Source of the DNA: Terriglobia bacterium
GTDB lineage: Bacteria; Acidobacteriota; Terriglobia; JAJPHL01; JAPKYU01
NCBI GenBank assembly: GCA_965206645.1
Contig: CBDBKE010000003.1
Span: 800,001-864,000 of the forward strand
Length of the DNA stretch: 64,000 bases
Direction of reading: 5' to 3'
Positions 48,592 through 57,741 of the stretch are shown here, in pieces. Positions within the stretch are counted from its first letter, which is position 1, and the number at the start of each line of letters is the position of its first letter. The notes under the pieces are model-generated. The model had not been told where the DNA came from. It saw nothing but the letters and a program-made list of their open reading frames with translations, and searched no databases. The position numbers and the translations under genes were made by a program.

Positions 48592-49620
48592 ATGCGACGT
48601 GCCCTCAAAAGCGTTTGCCTCCCGATTCTGCTGCTGGCGTCGCTCGCCTGGCCAGACCCCCAGGAACAGCCCCGCCAGGCGGTCTACCGCGTGGAAGTGG
48701 ACTTGGTCCAAGTTACGGTGGCCGTCACCGATCGCGGCGGACGCTACATGCGGGGCCTGCGTCCCGGCGATTTCCACATTTATGAGGATGGCGTCCTGCA
48801 AAAGCTGGCCATGTTCAGCGAGGGTGGCGCCTTGCCCGAGTCGGTGTGGGAAATCCAAGAGCGCGAGCGGGAGACCGGCCGCCCGGTGCCTGTCGTGGTC
48901 GCCGGATCCCACGTCTTTATCCTGTTCGACACCAGCAACTTCATGTATCGGGGCTTTTTTGTCCACGCCCAAGACGCTGTTACTGAATTCATCCGCAGCC
49001 TGAACATACACGATTCCATCGCAGTGTACGCTTTCAGCCGCAACTTGCTGCGGGCCTGCCCACCGACGCTGGATCGGCGCCGTGCCCTGCTGGCGCTGCG
49101 CCAGTTCGTCGCCGGTGCTGACACCGCCCTCTACAACGCCCTGCTGCTTACTCTTCAAGATGCAGCTCGGGTGTCGGGCCGCAAGGTGGTGGTGGTGTTC
49201 TCCAACGGACCTGACGTCGGCAGCATCGTGTCGCCCGAGGCGGTGCGCGAACTGGCCGAGAATGAAGGCATCCCCATCTACATCATCAGCACCCAAGATG
49301 CCAACAAGGACAAGGTCTCGACTACTGTCTTCCGGCGTCTGTCAGGGCGCACGGGCGGCCAAGCCTACATGGCCAACACCTGGGGGGAGCAGACAGAGGC
49401 CTTCAAGGCGATCGGCCAAGATGTCAGGCACCTCTACCTGTTGAGCTACTATCCAGCGCTCAATGCCAAGCGGGGCTGGCGCAGCATCACCGTGGAACTG
49501 GCCGACGAACAGGCCAAGAAGTACCGTATCCGCACTCGCAGCGGCTACCGCTCCAGGGTCCGGACGGCCGACCGATTTGGGCTGGGGAGCTTTCCCGCAG
49601 GTGCAGCCAACAGCCCGTAA
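48592..49620 (+). CDS. VWA-domain protein (Acidobacterial TIGR03436-like)
   Basis: RVEVDLVQV..VTDRGG..GL...DF.IYEDG, LFDTSN, TALY, RKVVVVFSNG, TGG, Y.LSYYP, R.RSGY. Confidence 0.88.
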   Translation: MRRALKSVCLPILLLASLAWPDPQEQPRQAVYRVEVDLVQVTVAVTDRGGRYMRGLRPGDFHIYEDGVLQKLAMFSEGGALPESVWEIQERERETGRPVPVVVAGSHVFILFDTSNFMYRGFFVHAQDAVTEFIRSLNIHDSIAVYAFSRNLLRACPPTLDRRRALLALRQFVAGADTALYNALLLTLQDAARVSGRKVVVVFSNGPDVGSIVSPEAVRELAENEGIPIYIISTQDANKDKVSTTVFRRLSGRTGGQAYMANTWGEQTEAFKAIGQDVRHLYLLSYYPALNAKRGWRSITVELADEQAKKYRIRTRSGYRSRVRTADRFGLGSFPAGAANSP

Positions 49621-49658
49621 GCCCTCGTGTCCAAAAATTCTGCTCGCAGGAGAGGTGG

Positions 49659-50936
49659 TTGATGAGACGAGTTGCATGGTTCCGGGGTGGACCTCGGCGC
49701 AATCTGTGTCTATGCGTTGAAATCGCCTTGAGCTGGGCTGCCCTGACCCTGTGCGCCGTCGCTGCCGACTGGCCGCAGTTCGGCGGCCCCCACCGAAACT
49801 TCACGACGGATTCCAAGGGCTTAGCTTCATCCTGGCCGCCGGAGGGCCCGCGTCGCCTCTGGAGCCGCCAGATGGGGGACGGTTACTCCGGCATCACCGC
49901 GGATGACGGCACTCTGTTTACCATGTATCGCAAGGGGAAGCAGGAGGTCGTCATCGCTTTGGACGCCGGGACCGGCAAGACGCTCTGGGAGCACGCCTAC
50001 GCGGCACCCTTTCTCAGCTCGATGGACATGAAGCACGGTCCCGGCCCTCACTCCACTCCGCTGGTGGCGGGCGGGCGTGTGTTCACGGTGGGAGTCACCG
50101 GGAAGTTCTTCGCGCTCGACAAGAAAACCGGAAAGGTGGAATGGTTTCACGATCTCTACCGGGATTTCCGTATCGACCAAAGGAACCGCGGTTTCTCCTG
50201 TAGCCCCATTGCTTACCGGGACAAGGTGATCCTGCAAACCGGAGGCGCAGGCAACTCCATCATGGCCTTCCGGCAGACGGACGGCGCCGTGGCCTGGAAG
50301 AAGGAGAGCTTCTCCAACTCTGCTTCCTCTCCCGTGCTGATCCACTTCGCAGGCCAGGAACAGTTGGTGGTGTTCATGGCGAAGCAGGTCGTTGGCCTGG
50401 ACCCCGGCAACGGCGAACTGATTTGGATGATCCCCCACCGAATCAGAAATGGGCTGAACATCAGCATGCCCGTGTGGGGGGAAGGCAACCTGTTGTTTTG
50501 CTCCTCGGCGTATGACGGAGGGAGCCGTCTCATCAAGCTGAGCAAGGTGGCCGGCAGAACTGTGGCCAGCGATATGTGGCACACCAACCAGATGCGTGTG
50601 CACATCGGGAGCATTCTGCGGCTGGGCGACTACGTGTACGGTTCCAGTGGCGACTTCGGGCCGGCCTTCATCACCGCCCTCAATGTGCGCACCGGCAAGA
50701 TCGCCTGGCGGGATCGCAGCTTTGCCAAGGCCAACCTGGTTTATGCCAATGGGAAACTCATCATCCTGGATGAGGACGGCCGCCTCGCTCTCGCCACAGT
50801 CTCCCCCGAAGGCCTGACGGTTCTCTCCCAGGTGGATTTGCTGCAGAGCAACTGCTGGACAGCCCCCTCTCTGGTCGGCAGGACCCTCTACGTGCGCGAC
50901 AGAAAGAGCATCGTGGCTCTGGACCTGGGGGGCTAG
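49659..50936 (+). CDS. PQQ-binding-like beta-propeller protein
   Basis: ADWPQFGGPHRN, repeated ALDxxTGKxxW, WTAPSL..LYVRD. Confidence 0.9.
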   Translation: MMRRVAWFRGGPRRNLCLCVEIALSWAALTLCAVAADWPQFGGPHRNFTTDSKGLASSWPPEGPRRLWSRQMGDGYSGITADDGTLFTMYRKGKQEVVIALDAGTGKTLWEHAYAAPFLSSMDMKHGPGPHSTPLVAGGRVFTVGVTGKFFALDKKTGKVEWFHDLYRDFRIDQRNRGFSCSPIAYRDKVILQTGGAGNSIMAFRQTDGAVAWKKESFSNSASSPVLIHFAGQEQLVVFMAKQVVGLDPGNGELIWMIPHRIRNGLNISMPVWGEGNLLFCSSAYDGGSRLIKLSKVAGRTVASDMWHTNQMRVHIGSILRLGDYVYGSSGDFGPAFITALNVRTGKIAWRDRSFAKANLVYANGKLIILDEDGRLALATVSPEGLTVLSQVDLLQSNCWTAPSLVGRTLYVRDRKSIVALDLGG

Positions 50937-50971
50937 CCCAGCAACCGGTCGGGGGAGCCAGGGTCGATTGC

Positions 50972-52108
50972 CTACTGGTTAACGGCGGGGAGGGCCATGT
51001 GAGCTTTAAGCTGCCGAATCGTGGCTTCCAGCGGCGAGGGTGCCGGGTCCAGGGCGGCGGCCCGTTTTAGGTAGTTGAGCAAGCCAGTGCGGGAATTCGT
51101 TGGGAGCTCAAGCTTCTTCCCCCGGTGCAAGGCGTAGGCGCGATTCTTCTCAATCAGCAAACAAGCCAGTCGGCCGCCGTAGAATATCGCCAGGCCTATA
51201 TCGATCAAGATGACACGACCTCCGAATCGGGGCATGACCGCTCCGGGGGTAGCCGAGTGGGCCACGACGATTCTATCGCAACCGTAGTTACTCAACACCG
51301 TCTCCAGCTGGGACTCCAGGGCCCCCTCATCTCTTCCCGCTAGCCCCCTGTACCACAGGGGCCCTTCTTCATCCATCACGACTCCACCCCGAAGCTTGCT
51401 CCAATCTCGGAGCTCCTCCCGAACCCGCTCATTGATTCGGCGGATGGAATCGTTTGCGTATTTCGGGCTGATCCCGCCGTGCATGAAAATCGTGTCGTTA
51501 ATCTTAATCACAGTATTGTGACGCCGAACCCACTTTCCGTATTTCCCGTTGGGCCCGAAATGGTAACGGTGCTCGGAATATCCCAGCGGATGCCGAGACT
51601 CCCACTGTTTGCGGTAAGCTCCATCGAAAGCCGGTAGTCCTTCCGGCGGAGGGGATTCCTTCATCTTCTTAATATGCTGTTTATAGAAGAGATCGCGCTT
51701 CTTTTCCGATTTTTCATCACGAAACGCGGCATACTCCTCAGGCGAAACATAGCGAAGATCGCCGTACATATTCATCGCCTCGTGATTGCCGATCAAGGCG
51801 TGCACATAGCCCCCGGCTTTGCGAGCCTCCCGTTCCAGGCGCATCAACAGGTCCATCACCTTGCGCGACTCCGGTCCCCGATCGAGGACGTCGCCGGTCT
51901 GTACCAGATGGGTCTTTCCTCCGGTCCATTCCTGCTTCGCGTTGATGAGGCCGGCCGAGTCAAGGAGAGCGACAAACTGCTCATAGTCCCCATGGACGTC
52001 CCCGATCGCCACGATCCTCTCCACTCCCTTCCAGACATCCTGACCGGCCACCGCCCAGTCGGCTGGCAAGGTAAGGAACAAGAGCAGAATCAGCGGACGA
52101 AATACCAT
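50972..52108 (-). CDS. Secreted metallophosphoesterase (Shewanella-like phosphatase type)
   Basis: GDVHGD, GDVLDRG, GNHE, HGG, GPLWYR, IDIG. Confidence 0.9.
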   Translation of the reverse strand: MVFRPLILLLFLTLPADWAVAGQDVWKGVERIVAIGDVHGDYEQFVALLDSAGLINAKQEWTGGKTHLVQTGDVLDRGPESRKVMDLLMRLEREARKAGGYVHALIGNHEAMNMYGDLRYVSPEEYAAFRDEKSEKKRDLFYKQHIKKMKESPPPEGLPAFDGAYRKQWESRHPLGYSEHRYHFGPNGKYGKWVRRHNTVIKINDTIFMHGGISPKYANDSIRRINERVREELRDWSKLRGGVVMDEEGPLWYRGLAGRDEGALESQLETVLSNYGCDRIVVAHSATPGAVMPRFGGRVILIDIGLAIFYGGRLACLLIEKNRAYALHRGKKLELPTNSRTGLLNYLKRAAALDPAPSPLEATIRQLKAHMALPAVNQ

Positions 52109-52133
52109 GGTTCACTCTCCAAAAGCGTATGTA

Positions 52134-52340
52134 CCGGAATTTCCATTTTGAGCTTCCTCTTCACCCGAAAAGCTATGCCTCGTACCCTGTCGTGTCAACC
52201 GCAAACAGCTCTGGCCTCTTTGAGGTGGTAGTGCGGCACATTTTGGCTGTTCTTCGGAGTCGCTGTGCGGGTTTCGCCTGCCCAGCCTGCCGCGCCGCTG
52301 ATACTTATCCGGCCCGACCACTTCTGAGCACCTGAAATTA
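52134..52340 (-). mobile_element. Isolated terminal fragment of the same IS1380 as 8451-8657
   Basis: About 207 bp nearly identical to 8451-8657, starting at the terminal IR and cut off at 52341. Confidence 0.9.
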
Positions 52341-52396
52341 GGGGATTGCTAACCTAAGTAGCCAAGCTCACATTAAATAGTAATGGGAAGAAGGGT

Positions 52397-52540
52397 TTAC
52401 CGGCGGGGCTTCTCTTTGGTGAAGCCAGCGCCGCTCACCACTGCCTTGACCAGCTTTTCTGGAGTTGTGGTGGAAAGCACTCGCAGGTTGTCTCTGTATT
52501 GCTTTGATCTCGTCTTGCGGCCAGTTTTCTTGTCGCTCAT
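52397..52540 (-). CDS. Small basic protein of the IS1595 region
   Basis: MSDKKTGRKTRSKQYRDNLRVLSTTTPEKLVKAVVSG; GAGGAGAG RBS. Confidence 0.45.
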   Translation of the reverse strand: MSDKKTGRKTRSKQYRDNLRVLSTTTPEKLVKAVVSGAGFTKEKPRR

Positions 52541-52720
52541 GGGGTTGCTCTCTCCTCTTTGGTCATGCCCTGTGTCCTCCCCCGCTGACATACAGTAACT
52601 ACACTACCGTATTTCCGCTTGACATGCAACGCCACGTAGCGTTAGCCTTTTCTTGCCAAACATCACAGGTGCCGCCCCATCGTCGTGAGGTAGGATTTGA
52701 ATCTGGCGGCACGGAGGCCT

Positions 52721-53464
52721 ATGCAGGACCTAGAGGGGAAGGAACGGCTCGACGTTCCGACGCACGAGCGTGCGTTTGAACTCGTTGACAGGCTCGACAA
52801 CGTGTCCTTCTTTAAAGTTGGCTTAGAGCTGCTTTTGGCCGGAGATGTGCTCGGGTTCATTAAAAAGCTCCAAGAGCGACGTTCTGTTCATGGTGGTGTG
52901 TTTGTCGATCTGAAGCTCTCTGGAGACATCGGTAACACAATCAATAGGGTCGTTAAGGGATGCGTGGCCCTAAATGTAAAGTTCCTCACATTGGTGGAGA
53001 CGAACCCACTGGCCATCACGCTCTCGACACTGAAGACGATTGGGATGACGCGAGGTTCAGCTAGGACCCCTCTGGTGCTAATGGTCCCGCTTCTGTCGAG
53101 CCTTGATACGGATGACCTCGCACAGATCGGAATAGTGAAGGATCCAAAGGATTACATCGTCGAGCGTGGGAGGGCCATGCTGTCGCACGGGTGCGACGGG
53201 TTGATCGTGTCTGGTCAAGCCATACGAACCTGTCGAGAAACTTTTCCGGACATCGACATTGTCAGTCCGGGAATACGGCCAAGATGGGCAACGTCGGACG
53301 ACCACAAGCGATTCACAACCCCGTCTGAAGCAATACAAATGGGTGCCGATTACCTCGTTGTAGGACGCCCGATCAGGGAAGACAGGGATCCTCGACGGGC
53401 TGCTCAGCGCATCATTGACGAGATCGATGAAGCGCTTCAACCGGCGTCCCCACGTCTTCAGTAG
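52721..53464 (+). CDS. pyrF: Orotidine-5'-phosphate decarboxylase (divergent, horizontally acquired)
   Basis: FKVGLEL, VFVDLKLSGDIGNT, SPGIRP, TPSEAIQMGADYLVVGRPI; GGAGG RBS; lower GC than the backbone. Confidence 0.85.
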   Translation: MQDLEGKERLDVPTHERAFELVDRLDNVSFFKVGLELLLAGDVLGFIKKLQERRSVHGGVFVDLKLSGDIGNTINRVVKGCVALNVKFLTLVETNPLAITLSTLKTIGMTRGSARTPLVLMVPLLSSLDTDDLAQIGIVKDPKDYIVERGRAMLSHGCDGLIVSGQAIRTCRETFPDIDIVSPGIRPRWATSDDHKRFTTPSEAIQMGADYLVVGRPIREDRDPRRAAQRIIDEIDEALQPASPRLQ

Positions 53465-53473
53465 CACTTCGGT

Positions 53474-53543
53474 CCCTTGCAGCGTCTCGGAATCAGTGTT
53501 CTCGACTACCACTTGCGCGAACCTGATTAGATGTTCGATCCTT
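53474..53543 (-). pseudogene. Short remnant of a second IS1595 transposase
   Basis: KDRTSNQVRA/VVENTDSETLQG (one frameshift) aligns with KDRATGKVNAEVVSDTGMETLQD of the adjacent transposase. Confidence 0.6.
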
Positions 53544-53716
53544 AGGGTTTATCAGGTAGGATTTATAATCCCCAAGCTAAGCGCAGGGCCTCATACTCCT
53601 CTTTTTCCTGCGGATCAGCAATTTCATCCAGGTAGGATTGCACTGGGCACACTCCTGTGATAGCTTTGGATTGAGCCCAGTGCTTCTCTGGAGCCGACTG
53701 CCATCGGCTCCTTGTA

Positions 53717-54642
53717 TTATCCCACCAAATCCTGATACCGCAACCGCTTCCCGTCCATGCCCTTGGCGATGTTCGCCATCTGGTCAATGGTGTCCAGCTC
53801 GCGGACGTTGTGGCGGACTCGCCCACGTAGCGACCCAGATGCTTAACGCTCATCTTGTGGAAGGTTCCGTGGTAGCCCCGCTTGAGTAGTGACCAGAATG
53901 ACTCGACTCCGTTCGTGTGAGCCATGCCGTTCACAAACTGGCCCGTGCTGTGCTTGACGGTGGTGTGATTCGGCAGTCCCCGATAGGAGATATGCTCATC
54001 GGTGTAGATGTCAGCGCCAGGCTCCGTGTTGCCGAGAATGAAGTCTTGCAGAGTTTCCATGCCTGTGTCGCTCACCACTTCGGCATTCACCTTCCCCGTC
54101 GCCCGGTCCTTGACGCCAGCCACAATCGCCTTGCCGATAGGACCGCGACCGGCATCCAATTTCTTTTTGCCGTGCTTGTTTCGTTCCTTGCCGCCGATAA
54201 AGGTTTCATCCACTTCGACCGGGCCAGCGAACAACTCCCCCTTGTCCTCGAACGCTTTCCGCAGGCGGTGCGCCATATACCAAGCCGATTTCTGCGATAT
54301 TCCCAGATCACGATGCAGCTTCATGCTGGAGGTACCCTTGAGGCCCGTCGTGAACAGGTAAATGGAGATGATCCATGCCTGATAGCTGATATTGGACCTT
54401 TGCATGACCGTGCCCGTCTTCGCGCTGAAGTGCTTGCGGCAACCTCGGCAGCGGTAAGGCATGGTGGGATGGTTGACCTTCGAGGTGCTTACCGATCCGC
54501 AGAGCGGGCAGCAGATTCCATTCGGCCAGCGTTGCTGCTCGAACCACACCTCGGCAGCCTGATCGTCCGGGAACATGCGGAAAAGCCTTGCGAGCGTGAT
54601 GCCCTCCCTATAACTTTTACCGGGCGCTTTGCGTTTCTTCAT
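53717..54642 (-). pseudogene. IS1595 (ISXO2-like) transposase with a C-terminal frameshift at about 53815
   Basis: Zn ribbon CPLCG..CRGC, VEVDET, YTDE, HTNGVESFWS; the native tail RHNVRELDTIDQM...KRLRYQDLVG* is in another frame. Confidence 0.9.
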
Positions 54643-54738
54643 AATGGAACAATAGTAGCCAACTGGGAAGCTGACCTGACCGGCACTTTTTGTACCAAGT
54701 GGAAAGAGAGAGAATCCACTTGAGGAGGAAGTGAGGTC

Positions 54739-55017
54739 ATGCCGACAAGGAGTTACAAGCCGGAGCAGATTGTAGCGGTGCTACGGCAGATAGAAGTGCA
54801 GATGGGGAACGGGAAGACTGCGCCCCAAGCCTGCAAAGAAGCTGGAATCCACACCCAAACCTACTGCCGGTGGCGGAAGGAATACGGCGGGCTGAAGGTG
54901 GTGCAGGCAAAACGGCTAAAGGAGTTGGAGAAGGAAAACACGCGGCTGAAGCGGTTGGTAGCGGAGCTTTCTCTGGAGAAGCAGGTGCTGCGGGATGTGG
55001 CACAGGGAAACTTCTGA
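54739..55017 (+). CDS. IS3 OrfA
   Basis: HTH plus the LKELEKENTRLKRLVA leucine zipper. Confidence 0.9.
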   Translation: MPTRSYKPEQIVAVLRQIEVQMGNGKTAPQACKEAGIHTQTYCRWRKEYGGLKVVQAKRLKELEKENTRLKRLVAELSLEKQVLRDVAQGNF

Positions 55018-55883
55018 GCCCTGAGCGGCGGCGTTGTGCGGTGGAGCGTGCGTGGGAGCAACACGGGTTGTCGGAACGGCATGCCTGCCGGCTGCTGGGG
55101 CAATGGCGAGGGACACAACGATACGAGCCGATTCATCGGGTGGACGAGGATGCTCTGACCCGAGCGATCATTGCCCTGGGAGCGAACTACGGGCGATATG
55201 GCTACCGGAGGATCACAGCGTTGCTGCGGAGTGCGGGCTGGGAAGTGGGCAAGGACCGGGTGCAGCGGATTTGGCGGCGGGAAGGGCTGAAAGTGCCGCA
55301 AAAACAAAGGCCGCGAGGACGGCTGTGGCTGAACGACGGTTCCTGTGTACGACTGAGGCCGGAGCGACCGAACCACGTGTGGAGCTACGACTTCATGAGT
55401 GCCAGAACGCACGAGGGGAGAACGCTGCGGCTGCTGACCTTGCTGGATGAGTACACGCGGGAATGCCTGGCGATCCGGGTGGAGCGGAGGATGGGCAGCC
55501 AACAAATCATTGAGGCGTTGTCGGACGTGATGTTGTGGCGAGGGATACCGGAACAGATTCGATCCGACAATGGTCCCGAGTTCATCGCCAAACAACTGCG
55601 CCAGTGGTTGGCAAATCTAGGGACCGGGACACTGCACATCGAACCGGGCAGTCCCTGGGAGAACGGGTACTGCAAGAGTTTCAATGGGAAGCTGCGGGAC
55701 GAATGCCTGAATGGAGAGATCTTCTACTCGTTGAAGGAGGCACAGGTGGTGATTGAACAGTGGAGGGTGCAATACAACACGGTGCGGCCGCACTCGGCGC
55801 TCGGCTATAGGCCCCCGGCGCCGGGGGCCTATAGCCCTCCCCTGCCACTGAAACCAGTTTCACAGCCCCAGGCTGCGATGTAA
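55008..55883 (+). CDS. IS3 OrfB DDE transposase (-1 frameshift fusion with OrfA)
   Basis: WSYDF and SDNGPEF; the third catalytic position reads NGYCKSFN (K), whereas copy 2 has E. Confidence 0.88.
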   Translation, partial: KLLSPERRRCAVERAWEQHGLSERHACRLLGQWRGTQRYEPIHRVDEDALTRAIIALGANYGRYGYRRITALLRSAGWEVGKDRVQRIWRREGLKVPQKQRPRGRLWLNDGSCVRLRPERPNHVWSYDFMSARTHEGRTLRLLTLLDEYTRECLAIRVERRMGSQQIIEALSDVMLWRGIPEQIRSDNGPEFIAKQLRQWLANLGTGTLHIEPGSPWENGYCKSFNGKLRDECLNGEIFYSLKEAQVVIEQWRVQYNTVRPHSALGYRPPAPGAYSPPLPLKPVSQPQAAM

Positions 55884-55976
55884 ACTCTCACTACGGTTGG
55901 TACAAAAAATCGGTCTGGTCACCCATTGCCGCCTGACTCCGGATCACCAAACTTTGAAAACTCGAACGAACTGTCG

Positions 55977-56603
55977 ATGAACGAAAAGATTGCCTGGTCT
56001 GGGGCTGTCACTTCGGTCCAACCTCGAATTCGCCTGACCCGTTCTTTCGATGAACGGAGCCACACTTATCTGGGTTACCTGTTGCGGATTGAGGGAACAG
56101 TCGGCGGAGTTTCTGCTGAATTTCGAGTCGGTATTGGCTTCGGAACCCACGCCAAACACCAATTCCGAATGGGTGACCGCGTCGAGGGGCTGGGGCATCG
56201 AGTTGCGGATCCGCGACTCGAAACCGCCGACATCTATGGAGTCAGCAAACTGAAACTGATCCGGCGTGGAGAAGAGCAGGCCTTAGCGGCACCATGGCAT
56301 GGAGTGCCTCCTCCGTTGCCCGCCTATCGCGAGCGCGGGCATCGGCGCCTGGCGGTAACGACCTACGATTCCAAATGTAATAGCTGTATCTGGGGCTGTG
56401 CCATGGCTGTGGAAATGATCATCGACCAATGGAACCCCGACCGACGGCGCTACAGGACGGAAACCTTCTGTTACGGACCTCTGTCCTGTTCCAGCTACAA
56501 GCCCGGTCCCACCCGAAAGGTTCCCGGTCGCCACGGCATGACCTATGAAGAGGAAGACTGGGTCGACCAGGACGCCACCGCGCATCGCGGTCCGAATGAA
56601 TAG
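55977..56603 (+). CDS. Hypothetical protein with a beta-rich N-domain and Cys-rich C-domain
   Basis: SVQPRIRLTRSFDERSHTYLGY...; CNSCIWGC...CYGPLSC. Confidence 0.75.
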   Translation: MNEKIAWSGAVTSVQPRIRLTRSFDERSHTYLGYLLRIEGTVGGVSAEFRVGIGFGTHAKHQFRMGDRVEGLGHRVADPRLETADIYGVSKLKLIRRGEEQALAAPWHGVPPPLPAYRERGHRRLAVTTYDSKCNSCIWGCAMAVEMIIDQWNPDRRRYRTETFCYGPLSCSSYKPGPTRKVPGRHGMTYEEEDWVDQDATAHRGPNE

Positions 56604-56729
56604 CAGCGATCCGGCTGATCAAGGACGCGCTTCCGTTTCTCCAGAAGGTCCTCTTTGAGGGCGTTATTAGTAATTCGCCAGCGACAGGCAAACAGGTCGA
56701 TTTTTGATGCGCCATGGAAATAGGGTTTG

Positions 56730-56758
56730 TTGAGGATGAAGGAGTTAGGAGTTAGAAT
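56730..56758 (+). promoter_or_regulatory. sigma70 promoter of tRNA-Arg
   Basis: TTGAGG-N17-TAGAAT, 8 bp before the tRNA. Confidence 0.6.
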
Positions 56759-56766
56759 GCACGTAT

Positions 56767-56842
56767 GCGCCCGTAGCTCAGAGGATAGAGCATCTGCCTT
56801 CTAAGCAGAGGGTCGCAGGTTCGAGTCCTGCCGGGCGCGCCA
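56767..56842 (+). tRNA. tRNA-Arg (TCT)
   Basis: GCGCCCGTAGCTCAGAGGATAGAGCATCTGCCTTCTAAGCAGAGGGTCGCAGGTTCGAGTCCTGCCGGGCGCGCCA; anticodon arm TCTGC-CTTCTAA-GCAGA. Confidence 0.97.
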
Positions 56843-56998
56843 TCCTTTTCAACCGGTTAGAGGGGACCAGTTCCCACGGTCTGCCCGCTTGTCCACACAG
56901 ATGTCCACACGAGTCCGGTAGATGCGGTGTTTTGTGCCGGTCTCCGATGTTTAGTGGCCGTTCGCAATTGCACACAATCCCCCGGCCGGCGCGAGATC

Positions 56999-57121
56999 AT
57001 GCGACGTTTCGCTGGCATCTACGCGCTCTATCGCCGAAAACGTCTCTACTACATCGGCCTGACTACGAACCTCCTAGGCCGAATCAAATGGCATCTCCGA
57101 GACCGGCACGCGCGGAAGTGG
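56999..57121 (+). pseudogene. GIY-YIG nuclease fragment
   Basis: GIYALYRRKRLYYIGLTTNLLGRIKWH; homology ends after about 40 aa. Confidence 0.65.
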
Positions 57122-57169
57122 GGTCTGCGCATTGCCGATCAAGCCGATCAAGGACCGCGTGGGACGACG

Positions 57170-57334
57170 ATGGCAAGGTTGAGTATCGCGATCGCCTCCT
57201 TGGTTCTGGCGTCCTCGGCCGCAACCTGGATGGTGACTGAGCCTGACGCAACGGAGATCGTCAGGCTCTCCGACCTAGCCATCCGAGGCAAAACGCTGCA
57301 GGGAAAGTCCTCCATGACGGTTCGTACTCCCGAC
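57170..57334 (+). pseudogene. N-terminal fragment of an outer-membrane lipoprotein-sorting (LolA-like) protein
   Basis: Signal peptide then ATEIVRLSDLAIRGKTLQGKSSMTVRTPD. Confidence 0.45.
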
Positions 57335-57518
57335 CGTCGGAGCGCACCAGGCAGGGCCCGGAGGACTCGTTGAAGGCGAGGCCAAACTGCGCGCCCGGCA
57401 CGGTGGTGATCATCACCTCGTAGAGGTCCCCTACCGTCTTGATAAAGTGGGATTGCCCAATCACCACGTTGGCCCCTTCGGGAATTTCGATGCCGACAGC
57501 GTGCAGATTTACAGCCAT
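57333..57518 (-). pseudogene. Adenosine-specific kinase family gene, 5' fragment
   Basis: PEGANVVIGQSHFIKTV.DLYE..FGLAFNESSGPCLVRSDG; GGAGGAAAGG RBS. Confidence 0.75.
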
Positions 57519-57741
57519 CCTTTCCTCCAGAAAAACAGCAGCATCGCCAGGTGTCAAGGGCGGAGTAAAACTAGACCACTCCGGCGGAGAGAAAGTAGAC
57601 CAGTTCAGGGGTGGTGGAAGCTTTGATTTGAGAGGGAGTTGCGGGGGCGGTTGGAGCGGAGGCCTGCGACGCCCGCAGGGCGGCGCGGTTAGGCCGGAGT
57701 GGAAGCCGCTCTCGCAACTCGTCGCCCAGTATTGGGTGAGA

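Larger units (their letters stand above)
52341..54671 (-). mobile_element. IS1595-family element/mosaic with passenger genes, truncated by IS3
   Basis: IS1595 transposase, a small accessory ORF and pyrF. The boundary at 52341 (GGGGATTGCTAACCTAAGTAGCC) is exactly where IS1380 homology stops. Confidence 0.6.
54672..55921 (+). mobile_element. IS3-family element (IS407-like), copy 1, 1250 bp
   Basis: IRs TGACCTGACCGGCACTTTTTGTACCAA / TTGGTACAAAAAATCGGTCTGGTCA; orfA/orfB with a GGGAAAC frameshift window. Confidence 0.95.

Noticed and set aside
53563-53716. CPVQSYLDEI... segment resembling a RelE/Gp49-like toxin N-terminus
   Set aside because: Too short, reached only through the frameshifted transposase tail, and no antitoxin nearby.
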